A stretch of DNA of 64,000 bases from Gemmatimonadota bacterium (GCA_965116475.1 OZ220691.1:1568001-1632000), one strand, 5' to 3'; positions 29,455 through 38,899 are shown, counted from the first letter of the stretch. Made by a program: numbers and translations. The notes: a model not told the origin generated them from the sequence alone.

Positions 29455-29600
29455 GTTCCACGCAAGGGCATGTTTCACGCAAGGGCATTTCGCGCGGGAG
29501 CCTTGATCGGACGTTCCCGCGGGAACGTCTGGGGCGATCGGTCGCCCAACCGGTTCGGCCAGTCGCGCAACTGGCGGGGTCGGACGTTCCCGCGGGAACG
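29455..29600. repeat. Two copies of the CGTTCCCGCGGGAACG palindrome (29512, 29585) plus a 2 x 17-bp direct repeat GTT(C/T)CACGCAAGGGCAT
   Basis: Read directly from the sequence. Confidence 0.7.
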
Positions 29601-29613
29601 CCCTGGAATGGCG

Positions 29614-31554
29614 TCAGGGCGTCGGGAGCGGGATGGACGCCACGGACGGACGATCGAACTCATCCCGGGACACGCCCCAGATGCGGGAGGGCGTGAAGCG
29701 AAGCGCGTCGAAGCGGTCGGGGAGCCGCACTTCGCGCGCGACGCCATCGGGCTCGATGCGCAGCCACATGGGGCCGCCGCTCAAGCCGCCCGCGTCGAGA
29801 TCGAGGGGGCGCAGCCACATCGTCCCGTCCTCGCTGCAACGGAAATCCACGTAGCGGGGGAGGTAGCTCGCGAGTTCGTGCGGCGCTCCCTGCACCATGT
29901 CGGCCATCTGATTCACGAGCCGAAGGCTGTCCTCCGGGGTCAGCCGGGTCGCGACATCGCCCGTCACCTCCGCCTGCCTGAGGGCGAACACCGCGCCGGC
30001 GAACTGTCGCGGACTGGCCTCGGTGAAGGGTACGGGCGGAAGGTCGATGGGGCCGACCTCGGCGCCGGATCCGTCGAACCCGCGCAGCTGATTCCGGACC
30101 CGGTCGTACACGCGCACGAGATTCTCGCCGCAGGGAGCCCACAACCGGTACCACAGGGGAAAACCGCCGTCGCTCTGGATGAAGCCTCCGGACGGATCGT
30201 CCAGGACATCGCCGAGCGCCACGAGGGTGCGCGTCCCGCCGGTCTCCGGATCCACGGCCACCAGGTCGGCTCCGAGCAGCCCGTATCGGAACTGCAGCAC
30301 GCCCCCGTCCATCGTCGCGGTCGAGTGGGGCACGACGATCTCGCGGCCCAGCCGTGCCGTCCGGACCGACGGGTCCAGCATGCTCATGCCGCTCCGCACG
30401 GTGCCCCGGGGGATCGCCGTCGACACGAGCGAGAACTGCTCCGCGGCGTCGCCGGGCCGCGAGATGCGGATCAGCGCGTGGTGCAGGAGGTCGAGGACCC
30501 ACGCCTCGCCCGCCCATCCTCCCGCGACGAAGGCCGAGGGCATCGGGAATTCGTCAGGTCCCCCTCCGGGCGATCCGTGAGCGCCGAGCGACTCGCCATC
30601 CGCCCCGAATCCCATGAAGTAAGGCTCCTGAGAGTTCAGAACCCAGACGGAGCCGTCGTCCAGGACTTCGAGGTCCCGGACCACGGCGAGGGAGTCGGAG
30701 GTCCCGAGCACCTCGATGGCCGCCGCCGACAGGTCGAGCGGCGCACCGAGGTCGCCGGCAGAGTCATCGCCGCCGGAAGCGCCGTCACACGCGAAGAACG
30801 CCACGCCCACCAGCACGGCCGCGGAGCCCCGACACGCCCGAGCGATCCGCCTCAGTCGGGCCGGCTCGAACAATCCGTAGCTGCCGTGGCACGCGGAGGC
30901 CCACTCGCGGCTGCGAAGCAGGAGGGCTGCTGCCACCAGGACATGCGCTCCGGACCATGCCCAGTACCCTGGGCCGAGATACGGAAAAGCCGTGATCTCC
31001 CCGGCGATGGTGACGGTTGCTCGGTCGAGGAGGCTGACCACGCCGAATCCGAGGGCCGAGACGCCAAACGCGCCGATGGTCCAGGTGAGCCATCGCAGTC
31101 TCGATCGCCACGAATACAGGAGGGCCGGCAAGGTCATGGCCATGGCCAGATTTGGGATCAGAGGGAGAATCCAGCCGTCCACAAAGGCTTGGTGCAACCA
31201 TTCGTGCGCGGGAGCCGACCACGGCACTTGAGTGTACACGGTTTGAAGCGCCGCGGGCCCGGCAATCGGCAGAAGAAACGACAGCCCGTACATCGCCCAA
31301 CCCGCCAGCAGGAGATATCGCCACCAGGACCGTCCGGCCCTGGCGAACTCCTTTGCAAGCGCCGCCGACGCGCCCAGGCCTTCCCGCGCGATCACCAGCG
31401 CACGGTACGGCGAAAGATCCGGGTTCAGTTCCAGCTCCCGATCGACGCGCGCACGCAAGTGGTCTTCGAGTTCATCCAGTTCCCGGGGCGAAAGGGACAA
31501 CCTGCGTTCGAGACGCTTGCGCCAATTCCTGATCCCGGTCTCCAGCTCCAGCAC
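29614..31554 (-). CDS. Permease prefix domain 1 membrane protein fused in frame to a beta-propeller lipoprotein-like domain
   Basis: N-terminal ELDELEDHL and TM helices; internal VAFFAC lipobox-like segment; GGGPDEF; C-terminal RDEFD. Confidence 0.72.
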   Translation of the reverse strand: MLELETGIRNWRKRLERRLSLSPRELDELEDHLRARVDRELELNPDLSPYRALVIAREGLGASAALAKEFARAGRSWWRYLLLAGWAMYGLSFLLPIAGPAALQTVYTQVPWSAPAHEWLHQAFVDGWILPLIPNLAMAMTLPALLYSWRSRLRWLTWTIGAFGVSALGFGVVSLLDRATVTIAGEITAFPYLGPGYWAWSGAHVLVAAALLLRSREWASACHGSYGLFEPARLRRIARACRGSAAVLVGVAFFACDGASGGDDSAGDLGAPLDLSAAAIEVLGTSDSLAVVRDLEVLDDGSVWVLNSQEPYFMGFGADGESLGAHGSPGGGPDEFPMPSAFVAGGWAGEAWVLDLLHHALIRISRPGDAAEQFSLVSTAIPRGTVRSGMSMLDPSVRTARLGREIVVPHSTATMDGGVLQFRYGLLGADLVAVDPETGGTRTLVALGDVLDDPSGGFIQSDGGFPLWYRLWAPCGENLVRVYDRVRNQLRGFDGSGAEVGPIDLPPVPFTEASPRQFAGAVFALRQAEVTGDVATRLTPEDSLRLVNQMADMVQGAPHELASYLPRYVDFRCSEDGTMWLRPLDLDAGGLSGGPMWLRIEPDGVAREVRLPDRFDALRFTPSRIWGVSRDEFDRPSVASIPLPTP

Positions 31555-31593
31555 AGCTGATTTCTCCACTCGACCCCCGACTTGGGTGACGCA

Positions 31594-31629
31594 TACCACG
31601 AAGTACAATGTACCTTGAGATACAAGGTA
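31594..31629. promoter_or_regulatory. Tandem palindromic operator (putative PadR site)
   Basis: TACCACG-AAGTA-CAATGTA plus perfect TACCTTG-AGATA-CAAGGTA. Confidence 0.72.
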
Positions 31630-31693
31630 TGAGTATTGGAGAATCCGGCAAGAGCGTCCTACCGGTCAAGAGCCTCCGAACTGACGCCGTTGT

Positions 31694-32677
31694 TCAGAGG
31701 CCGAGGTCGATCAGGACCTTGCCGAGGGGGCCGGATTCCACGGCTTCGTGGGCGGCGACGATGTTCTCGAGCGCGAAGCGGTCCGCGACGGTGTGGCGCA
31801 GTTCTCCCTCGGTGAGCCACTTCGTGAGGTCTTCCACCGCTTTCTGCTTCGCCTCTTCGGGCATGAGGAAGACGAGTTCGAAGCGCACGGTGAGGTTCTT
31901 GTAGAGGAGGGTGTAGAAGGGGACGGCCGGCTCGGGCTGGCCCTCCGAGGCGTAGGCGGAGATCACGCCGTTCGCCTTCAGCATCGCGATCGAGGCGTCG
32001 AGGTTGCCGCCCATTTCGACCTCGACGATGCGGTCGAGGCCCTCTTCGTCGGTCAGATCGGCTACGCGGGCCGCGACATCCTCCTCGCGATAGTTGATGA
32101 CGACGTCCGCGCCCGCCGCCCGCGCGACCCTCGCCTTCTCGTCCGCGCTCACGGTGGAGAGGACCCGCGCGCCCCCCAGCCGGGCGCACTGGATCGCATA
32201 GGCGCCGACCGCGCCCGCGCCGCCGGTCACGAGCACCGTCTGCCCCTCGACGGGGCCGTCGCCGTACACGCAGCGGTGCGCGGTCAGGGCGGGGATGCCG
32301 AGACACGCCCCATCCATGAACGACGCGTTCGGGGGGAGGGGGACGGCCCGGGACTCGGGGACCGTGGCGAACTCCGCCGCGGTACCGAGGTCGCTCCCCC
32401 ACTGCGCCTCGTAGACCCACACGCGGTTGCCGAGACGGCCGGGATCGACGTCCTCCCCGACCTGGTCGATGACGCCGGCGCCGTCGAAGTGCGGCACCAC
32501 GAGCGTGGAGGCGAGCGCGCCGCGGCCGCCCGCACGCCGCTTCACGTCGACGGGGTTGATGCCGGAAATGCGCACGCGGACCCGAACCTCGCCGGGGCCG
32601 GGCACCGGCGTTTCCTGTTCGCCCACCTCCAGCACGTCGTCTGCCGATCCCAGCTTCGTGTACCACGCTGCGCGCAT
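31694..32677 (-). CDS. NADPH:quinone reductase (zeta-crystallin/MDR family)
   Basis: GINPVD, GGAGAVG, AAHEAVES...GKV. Confidence 0.9.
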   Translation of the reverse strand: MRAAWYTKLGSADDVLEVGEQETPVPGPGEVRVRVRISGINPVDVKRRAGGRGALASTLVVPHFDGAGVIDQVGEDVDPGRLGNRVWVYEAQWGSDLGTAAEFATVPESRAVPLPPNASFMDGACLGIPALTAHRCVYGDGPVEGQTVLVTGGAGAVGAYAIQCARLGGARVLSTVSADEKARVARAAGADVVINYREEDVAARVADLTDEEGLDRIVEVEMGGNLDASIAMLKANGVISAYASEGQPEPAVPFYTLLYKNLTVRFELVFLMPEEAKQKAVEDLTKWLTEGELRHTVADRFALENIVAAHEAVESGPLGKVLIDLGL

Positions 32678-32692
32678 GTCGTCCTTCTCCCG

Positions 32693-32800
32693 CTATTTGC
32701 CGCTGGGGTCGCTGCCCGTGTCCGGGGATATCTTCGCACCCGCGCCGGACGTGAGGAAGAGCACGAGGAGGAAGGGCACGAGCGCGGACACGTCGCTCAA
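32693..32800 (-). CDS. Possible 35-aa small membrane protein
   Basis: TTG overlaps the panB stop (TTGA); hydrophobic SALVPFLLVLFL; fills the gap between two operon genes. Confidence 0.3.
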   Translation of the reverse strand: MSDVSALVPFLLVLFLTSGAGAKISPDTGSDPSGK

Positions 32801-33642
32801 CCCCCGTCCCCCGCCGATTCGTAGCCGTGTTCCTCCGCCGGGTAGCTCCCCGACCGCACTTCCTCGGCGTAGCGCGCGACGGCCTCCCGCGTGGCCTCCC
32901 CGAGTTCGGCGTACCGCTTCAGGAAACGGGCGTTGAACCCTTCGTTCAGGCCGAGCATGTCGTGTAGCACGAGCACCTGTCCATCGCAGTCCGGTCCGGC
33001 TCCGATCCCGATCGTCGGCACGGAGACGGCCTCCGTCACTCGCCGCGCCGCGGACGTCGGCATCAACTCGAGGACGATGGAGAAGACCCCCGCCTCCTCC
33101 AGGGCAACGGCTTCCTCCGCCAGCCGGGCCGCCGCCTCTTCGTCCTTCCCCTGAATCCGGTGTCCCCCGAGCGCGTGGACGGACTGCGGCGTGAACCCCA
33201 GATGCCCCATCGCGGGAATTCCCGCCCGGACGATCGCCCTTACCGCGTCGACGACCTCGAACCCGCCCTCGAGCTTCACGGCGCCGGCGCCGGTGCGCTT
33301 CAGGATGTTCCCCGCGTTTCGCACGGCCTCCGCGGGCGAGACCTGGTAGCTGAGGAAGGGCATGTCGACGACGACGAAGGCGCGCGACGCCCCTCGCGCC
33401 ACGATCCGGCCGTGGTACGTCATCTGCTCCACCGTGGCGGAGAGCGTCGTCTCTTCTCCGCACAGGACGCTCGCCACGGAGTCGCCGACGAGAACCAGGT
33501 CCACGCCCGCCGCGTCCACGAGCGATGCGAAGAGTGCGTCGTAGGCGGTGATGGCGACGATCTTCTCGCCGCGCGCCTTCATCGCCACGAGGTCGACCGT
33601 CGTCCGTTTTCGTTCTCCGGAGCCGTCGCCCGGCACGCTCAT
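32797..33642 (-). CDS. panB: 3-methyl-2-oxobutanoate hydroxymethyltransferase
   Basis: TAYD, LVGDS, DMPFLSY, VKLEGG, GHLGFTPQ, IGIGAG, DGQVLV. Confidence 0.96.
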   Translation of the reverse strand: MSVPGDGSGERKRTTVDLVAMKARGEKIVAITAYDALFASLVDAAGVDLVLVGDSVASVLCGEETTLSATVEQMTYHGRIVARGASRAFVVVDMPFLSYQVSPAEAVRNAGNILKRTGAGAVKLEGGFEVVDAVRAIVRAGIPAMGHLGFTPQSVHALGGHRIQGKDEEAAARLAEEAVALEEAGVFSIVLELMPTSAARRVTEAVSVPTIGIGAGPDCDGQVLVLHDMLGLNEGFNARFLKRYAELGEATREAVARYAEEVRSGSYPAEEHGYESAGDGG

Positions 33643-33669
33643 GGTTCGCGTCACTCGATCATCCCTCGA

Positions 33670-33909
33670 TCACACGCCTCCCGCGGCCGACTCCGGCGGG
33701 AACAGCGTCCGGCCCGTTTCGGCATCCAGCACGCGGATCGCGCTCACGGGACAGTTCGCCGCCGCCTCGAGCACGAGTGCCGCCGGGTCGCCCGTCGCAT
33801 CGACGACCGTCGACTGGCGGTGCTCGTCATGCGCGAACACGCCCGGCGCGGTGGCCACGCACATCGCGTTGCCGACGCAGAGCCCGCGGTCGACCTCGAT
33901 CTTCACCAT
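33670..33909 (-). CDS. Ferredoxin, P450-associated [3Fe-4S] type
   Basis: CVGNAMC...CPVSAI. Confidence 0.9.
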   Translation of the reverse strand: MVKIEVDRGLCVGNAMCVATAPGVFAHDEHRQSTVVDATGDPAALVLEAAANCPVSAIRVLDAETGRTLFPPESAAGGV

Positions 33910-33916
33910 GTGGGGC

Positions 33917-35161
33917 TCACCATGTCACGGGCATGGATTCGATGGAGCGGAACTGGATGCTCGGCTGGTAGCGCAGTTCGTCCGTGTCGAGGGCGAAGCG
34001 CTCGAAGCGGCGCGCCAGCCCGCGAAAGACCTCCTGTCCCTCGATACGCGCGAGCGCGACTCCGAGGCAGTAGTGGATCCCGGACCCGAAGGAGAGATGC
34101 GGGTTCGGCTGGCGCCCGATATCGAACCGGTCGGGATCCTCGAACACGGAGGGGTCCCGGTTCGCCGCGGCGATGATCCAGCGGATCCGCTCGCCCGGCG
34201 ACAGCGTCTTCCCGCACAGTTCCGCCTCCCGCGCGACGATGCGCTGGGTCGACTTCACCGGCGGATCGAAGCGGAGGCACTCTTCGGTCGCCGTCCGCGC
34301 GAAGCGGTCGGGGTCCGACCTCAGCCGGTCCCACTGCGCCGGATGCTCGATGAAGGCGCGCAGTCCGTTGCAGATCAGGTTCATCGTCGTCTCGTGTCCC
34401 GCGAACAGCATCAGTCCCGTATTCACGAGCACCTGGTGCCGCGTGAAGACGCCATCGGTCTCCCCGCGCGCGAGCGCCGAGATCAGGTCGTCGCCGGGAT
34501 TCCCGATCCGCTCCTCGACGAACGGGCGGGCGTACGCCACGATCCCGCGGATCCCCTCCGTCAGAGGCCGCAGCCGGTCGGGCTCTCCGCGATTCAGGTG
34601 GAGGATGCTGTCGGCGAGCCCCCGGAGCGTGTCCATGTCCTCGCGGGGAACGCCCATCATCCGCGCGATGATCCGCACGGGAAGCGGCGCGGCGAGGTCG
34701 GTGACGACGTTCATCCTTCCCCTGGGCCACAACTCGTCCAGGAGTTCGTCGACCGCCCGGCGTACGAAGGGTCGCCAGCCTTCCATCGCCGTCGGGGTGA
34801 AGAAGGAATGAACCGTCTTGCGCTGCTCGAGGTGTTCGGGACGGTCCTGCTCCACGAGTTGATCCGCGCGGAACGTCCTGACCTCGTCGAACAGGGGCGC
34901 GTCCTCGGGCAGCACCGGCGGGTAGGGCGCCCCCTCCACGCCCCGGATCACCGCCGAGGAGAAGAGTTCGTGGTGCCGGAGGATCCAGACGACGGGGTCG
35001 TATCCCGTCACGACCCACAGCCCGAACTTCTCGTTCCAGTGTACGGGGTCCCGCTCCCGCAGCCGCGCGAAACAGGCGTATGGGCGGGCGATCGCCTCCT
35101 CCGCGAAGAGGTCGTCGAGCTCCGCCGCGGCAGCGCGCCCGGGACCCGTGCCCGGGATCAG
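33917..35161 (-). CDS. Cytochrome P450 (start uncertain, possibly CTG)
   Basis: AGHETT, EECLR and FGSGIHYCLG heme motif. Confidence 0.93.
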   Translation of the reverse strand: MIPGTGPGRAAAAELDDLFAEEAIARPYACFARLRERDPVHWNEKFGLWVVTGYDPVVWILRHHELFSSAVIRGVEGAPYPPVLPEDAPLFDEVRTFRADQLVEQDRPEHLEQRKTVHSFFTPTAMEGWRPFVRRAVDELLDELWPRGRMNVVTDLAAPLPVRIIARMMGVPREDMDTLRGLADSILHLNRGEPDRLRPLTEGIRGIVAYARPFVEERIGNPGDDLISALARGETDGVFTRHQVLVNTGLMLFAGHETTMNLICNGLRAFIEHPAQWDRLRSDPDRFARTATEECLRFDPPVKSTQRIVAREAELCGKTLSPGERIRWIIAAANRDPSVFEDPDRFDIGRQPNPHLSFGSGIHYCLGVALARIEGQEVFRGLARRFERFALDTDELRYQPSIQFRSIESMPVTW

Positions 35162-36477
35162 GGCGCGAACCGATACACGACCGGCAGTTGCGCGACGTCC
35201 GTGACTCGGGAATCCGGGTGGTGCACGATGTTGATCCGTCCCGTGCCGCAATCCCCGAAGTCGTCGCAGGAGATCCCGCCGATGAGGCCCGTCAGGCTGG
35301 TCCGGCCGATCTCGGCGCGCAGCCCGGCGCGATCGATGTGCAGCTGTCCGCCCTCCTCCACCGCGACGGTCTCGATGGCGTGGAGAAGGAGCGTCGTCGC
35401 GTCGTACGCGTGCGCCCAGTAGGGGGTTGGCGGAGGTCCGCCGTACGCGGCCTCGTACGCCGCCAGCACGGCGGCCCCGCTCATTCCAGTCACGCCGTTC
35501 ACGTTCGAGCCGAAGTCCGACTCCGGTCCCGCGAAGTACATCCCCTCCGACTGCGGCGTGGCGAGGAACGTGGAGACGAGGAGCGCCGACCCCGAGATGA
35601 GGGTCGCATCCCCAAGCCCCTCGAAGCCTTGGGCCTGCGCGGCGAAGGGCGTCCCCTCCGCCTCGAAGAGTGGGAAGAAGATTCCGTCGGGCGCCGCCGC
35701 TGCCATCTCGGTCAGGGCCGGCGTCATGTCCGTGTCGCCCTTCGCGATCGACGTCGCGGCGGGGACTTCCCCGCCCAGCGCCTCGAAGGCCGCCTCGAAG
35801 GCGGCCACGAGCGCCGACGTGTACGGGTCTCCGTCGTGAACGGTCGCGACGCGCCGAAGTCCCAGCTCGTTGAACGCGAAGTCGGACAGGGCGCGGGCCT
35901 GGTACAGGTCGTTGTTCGAGACCCGGAAGTAACCGGGGTGATAGTCCGGATTCGGGTTGCCGGCGAGATCCGACGTCAGCAGCGGCGAGGTCGTACTCGG
36001 CGCGATCATCACGTAGCCCGCCTGGCTGATCACCGGCGACGCCGCCACCGCCGCGGCGGAACAGGTGGTGCCGACGACGCCCGCCACCTTCGGGTCGGCG
36101 ACGACTTGTTGGGCAACGGCGCGTCCTCCCTCGGGTCCGCACGCCGAGTCCAGCGCATCCCCCAGGTCGATCATGCGGCCGCTCACCGTGCCCACGTCCC
36201 GGACGGCGAGTTCGACGCCGTGCCGCGACGGGACTCCCCCCGACGGCCACACGGTCATGGACTGCATCGACCGAATCGACACCGCCTCGCCCGCGTTTAG
36301 CGTGACGGCCCCCAGCGGCCCCGGCTCGAAACCCGGAGGCTCGGGGGGCGTGGGGGGGCCGACCCCGGGGCCGTCACCGCACGCAAGGGCCAGCCCCGCC
36401 GCGATGGTTGCTGCCGGGATCGTCGCCCCCGGCGCCACCGTCCGCCTCCGCCGCGCGATCCATACTCCGGAACCCAT
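35158..36477 (-). CDS. Branched-chain amino acid ABC transporter substrate-binding lipoprotein (LivJ-like)
   Basis: VVGTTCS, YFRV, AHAYDAT; lipobox LALAC; no permease genes nearby. Confidence 0.88.
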   Translation of the reverse strand: MGSGVWIARRRRTVAPGATIPAATIAAGLALACGDGPGVGPPTPPEPPGFEPGPLGAVTLNAGEAVSIRSMQSMTVWPSGGVPSRHGVELAVRDVGTVSGRMIDLGDALDSACGPEGGRAVAQQVVADPKVAGVVGTTCSAAAVAASPVISQAGYVMIAPSTTSPLLTSDLAGNPNPDYHPGYFRVSNNDLYQARALSDFAFNELGLRRVATVHDGDPYTSALVAAFEAAFEALGGEVPAATSIAKGDTDMTPALTEMAAAAPDGIFFPLFEAEGTPFAAQAQGFEGLGDATLISGSALLVSTFLATPQSEGMYFAGPESDFGSNVNGVTGMSGAAVLAAYEAAYGGPPPTPYWAHAYDATTLLLHAIETVAVEEGGQLHIDRAGLRAEIGRTSLTGLIGGISCDDFGDCGTGRINIVHHPDSRVTDVAQLPVVYRFAP

Positions 36478-36610
36478 CCGAAAACGCATCTGAACTCTCT
36501 CCTCGTGACAGAAGAAACCCGCCGCCCCAATCTAGCCGGGGGGCGACGATGCCTCCAAGACGTGCCAAGTACCCCGTGCCCGGTTCCCCGGAGACGCGCG
36601 ATGGACCGTA

Positions 36611-38398
36611 ATGGAGCGTAGCGGACTCACTCGGGTCTTGCCGGTCTGCACCGGTCTTCTCGCGGCCGGATGCGCCGAGCCGGGCGTACCCGCGCCGCCG
36701 GGTCCGATTCCGCTCGACGAACTGGCCCTCGGGGCGTGGTCCCCGCCGGCCATACTCCCGAACGTCCGGTTCCTCCCGTCTCCCCGCGCGCAGGCCGCCG
36801 GGCACGCGTTCTCCGGCGCCGTCACGCTGGTGGGCGCCGAGATGCGGACGGACCCCGCGGAACTCGCTCCGCGCCGGTTCATGGGCCGGGACACGAAGCG
36901 CTTCCCGGACGTGTCGTTGGGATTCGTGGCGGTGGGACGCGACCTGATCCCCTGGAATCGCAACCTCATCGTGTCCGGCACGCGCACCGAAGCCGGGAGT
37001 TACTGGGATGTGCTCGTCGGACCCGGCACCGTCTGGTCCGAGCCGGGCGACACGTGGTCGCGGGCGGCGTTCCCGCTGCAACTCGCGAGTTCCGTGGAGA
37101 ACGAGACGTACAACGGGGTCGCCACCTTCGCCTTCAACGACGATGAGGTGTCGGGCGTCCGCTTCCAGACCGTGACCCAGGGACGGCCCTATTTCCTCGT
37201 GCAGCGGCGGCTGATGTGGGGCCAGCTCGCGGCGGAGTTCACGCCGGGCGCGGCGCCGGCGGGGGTCGCCGAGGCCTTCGCGGCCGAGCAGGCGGGGCGT
37301 CTGCCCCTGCGCCCGATCTCCGACCTGCGCCCGCGGGTGGGAAACGCCGCCTTCGACGCCATGCACGGGGACATGAACGCCGGGGACACGAGTACCGGGA
37401 ACATGGTTACGGCAGCCTTCCTCGTGCGCGACACGCTCTACGTCGCCGACTGCCCCACGCCGTTCGGGGAGCTTGCCTTCTGCCGGGAACAGCGCTTCGG
37501 GATCTGGTCCGTGACCAAGTCCACCGGCAACACGGTGGCCGCGCTGCGGCTCGCGCAGCGCTACGGGCGCGCAGTCCTCGACGAGCGCGTGGCCGACCAC
37601 CTGGAAGTGACGGCGGAGCACGACGGCTGGGACGACGTCCGCTTCCGGGACGTCCTCAACATGGCCACGGGAGTAGGCGAAGGATCGACGCGGACCGAGC
37701 CCAACAACACGGGCGACGGCTACCTGATCGGCTACGACGACTGGTATACGGCGATTTCGAAGGACGAGCGGATCCGGCAGGTGTTCCGCGCCTCGAACCA
37801 CCCGTGGGGACCGGGGGAGGTCGTCCGCTACCGCGACCAGGACGCGTTCCTCATCGGCGCGGCGATGGACGCCTATCTCAAGCGGCGGGCGGGGCCGGAG
37901 GCGGACCTGTGGGAGATGCTGGAGGAGGAGGTCTACCGGCCCATCGGCGTGCCGCACGCGCCGACCAACCGGCTCGTCGAGTCGGACGGATCGCTCACGC
38001 TGCCGCAGATGTCGCAGGGCTACTACCCGATGGTGGACGACCTCGCGAAGATCGCGCGGCTGCTGCAGAACGGGGGCCGCCACGAGGGCGAACAGCTCCT
38101 GCACGCCGAGTTGACGGCCGAAGTGATGTACCGGACGGATGTGCGCGGGATCGCCTTCGGTCCGCCCGTCGACATCGGGCAGCCCAGCTACTACCTGGCG
38201 GTCTGGCACCAGAACTACGTCGGCGAAGGGGGCTGCGTCGTCGATCTCGCCCGCATGTCCGGCTGGGGCGGGCACCGGGTCGTCCTCTTCCCCAACGGCG
38301 TCGTCGCGATCCGGATCTCGAAGGTGACGGGGAATGAAGCTTCGCCGGTGGAAGGCCTGGCCGCCGTGGCCGACCGCCTCGACCCGTTCTGCCCCTGA
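36611..38398 (+). CDS. Serine hydrolase (beta-lactamase-like), lipoprotein
   Basis: SVTK, LNMATG, DLAKIARL; lipobox LAAGC. Confidence 0.82.
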   Translation: MERSGLTRVLPVCTGLLAAGCAEPGVPAPPGPIPLDELALGAWSPPAILPNVRFLPSPRAQAAGHAFSGAVTLVGAEMRTDPAELAPRRFMGRDTKRFPDVSLGFVAVGRDLIPWNRNLIVSGTRTEAGSYWDVLVGPGTVWSEPGDTWSRAAFPLQLASSVENETYNGVATFAFNDDEVSGVRFQTVTQGRPYFLVQRRLMWGQLAAEFTPGAAPAGVAEAFAAEQAGRLPLRPISDLRPRVGNAAFDAMHGDMNAGDTSTGNMVTAAFLVRDTLYVADCPTPFGELAFCREQRFGIWSVTKSTGNTVAALRLAQRYGRAVLDERVADHLEVTAEHDGWDDVRFRDVLNMATGVGEGSTRTEPNNTGDGYLIGYDDWYTAISKDERIRQVFRASNHPWGPGEVVRYRDQDAFLIGAAMDAYLKRRAGPEADLWEMLEEEVYRPIGVPHAPTNRLVESDGSLTLPQMSQGYYPMVDDLAKIARLLQNGGRHEGEQLLHAELTAEVMYRTDVRGIAFGPPVDIGQPSYYLAVWHQNYVGEGGCVVDLARMSGWGGHRVVLFPNGVVAIRISKVTGNEASPVEGLAAVADRLDPFCP

Positions 38399-38409
38399 CC
38401 GGCCCGGGC

Positions 38410-38465
38410 CCGCGACTACGCCGGGGGCCGCGACTACGCCGGGTCCGCGACTACGCCGGGTCCGC
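38410..38465. repeat. 3 x ~17-bp tandem repeat CCGCGACTACGCCGGG
   Basis: Triplicates the stop-codon region of the DUF6165 gene. Confidence 0.85.
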
Positions 38466-38870
38466 CTCCGACTCGGCGGAGGCATGTGACTTCTCTTCGA
38501 GGATGGCGGAGCCGTAGTCCTCGCTGAGGACGCGCTTGAGGCGGTGGCGTTCGTCGTTCAGACGGTAGACCTGCCGCGCCGCATCGATGAAGTCGGAGCC
38601 GAAGTCGCGGGCACGTTCGAGAGCGCGCAACTTGTCCTCGACATCCCATATGCCCCGGTTCACGGCTTCCAGTTCCCCGAGACGCTCGGTGACGCGGAGC
38701 GGGGCTTCCTCGAGCGGCCCGATCGTCCGCTCGCAGACCTTCCGGAGGCGTTCGAGTTCGGCGTTCACGTTCGCGAGCTTCCGGCGGTCGCGGATGCGGG
38801 CCCGTTTCAATCGGAGGATCGTGATGCGGTCGATGAGTTCGCCGGCGGAAACCGGGATTTCGATATTCAC
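38451..38870 (-). CDS. DUF6165 family protein
   Basis: PVSAGELIDRITIL, IWDVED, ARQVY..ND.R, EEKS. Confidence 0.85.
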   Translation of the reverse strand: MNIEIPVSAGELIDRITILRLKRARIRDRRKLANVNAELERLRKVCERTIGPLEEAPLRVTERLGELEAVNRGIWDVEDKLRALERARDFGSDFIDAARQVYRLNDERHRLKRVLSEDYGSAILEEKSHASAESEADPA

Positions 38871-38899
38871 GCACCGAAGATAAGGGGAGAGAGGACGCG

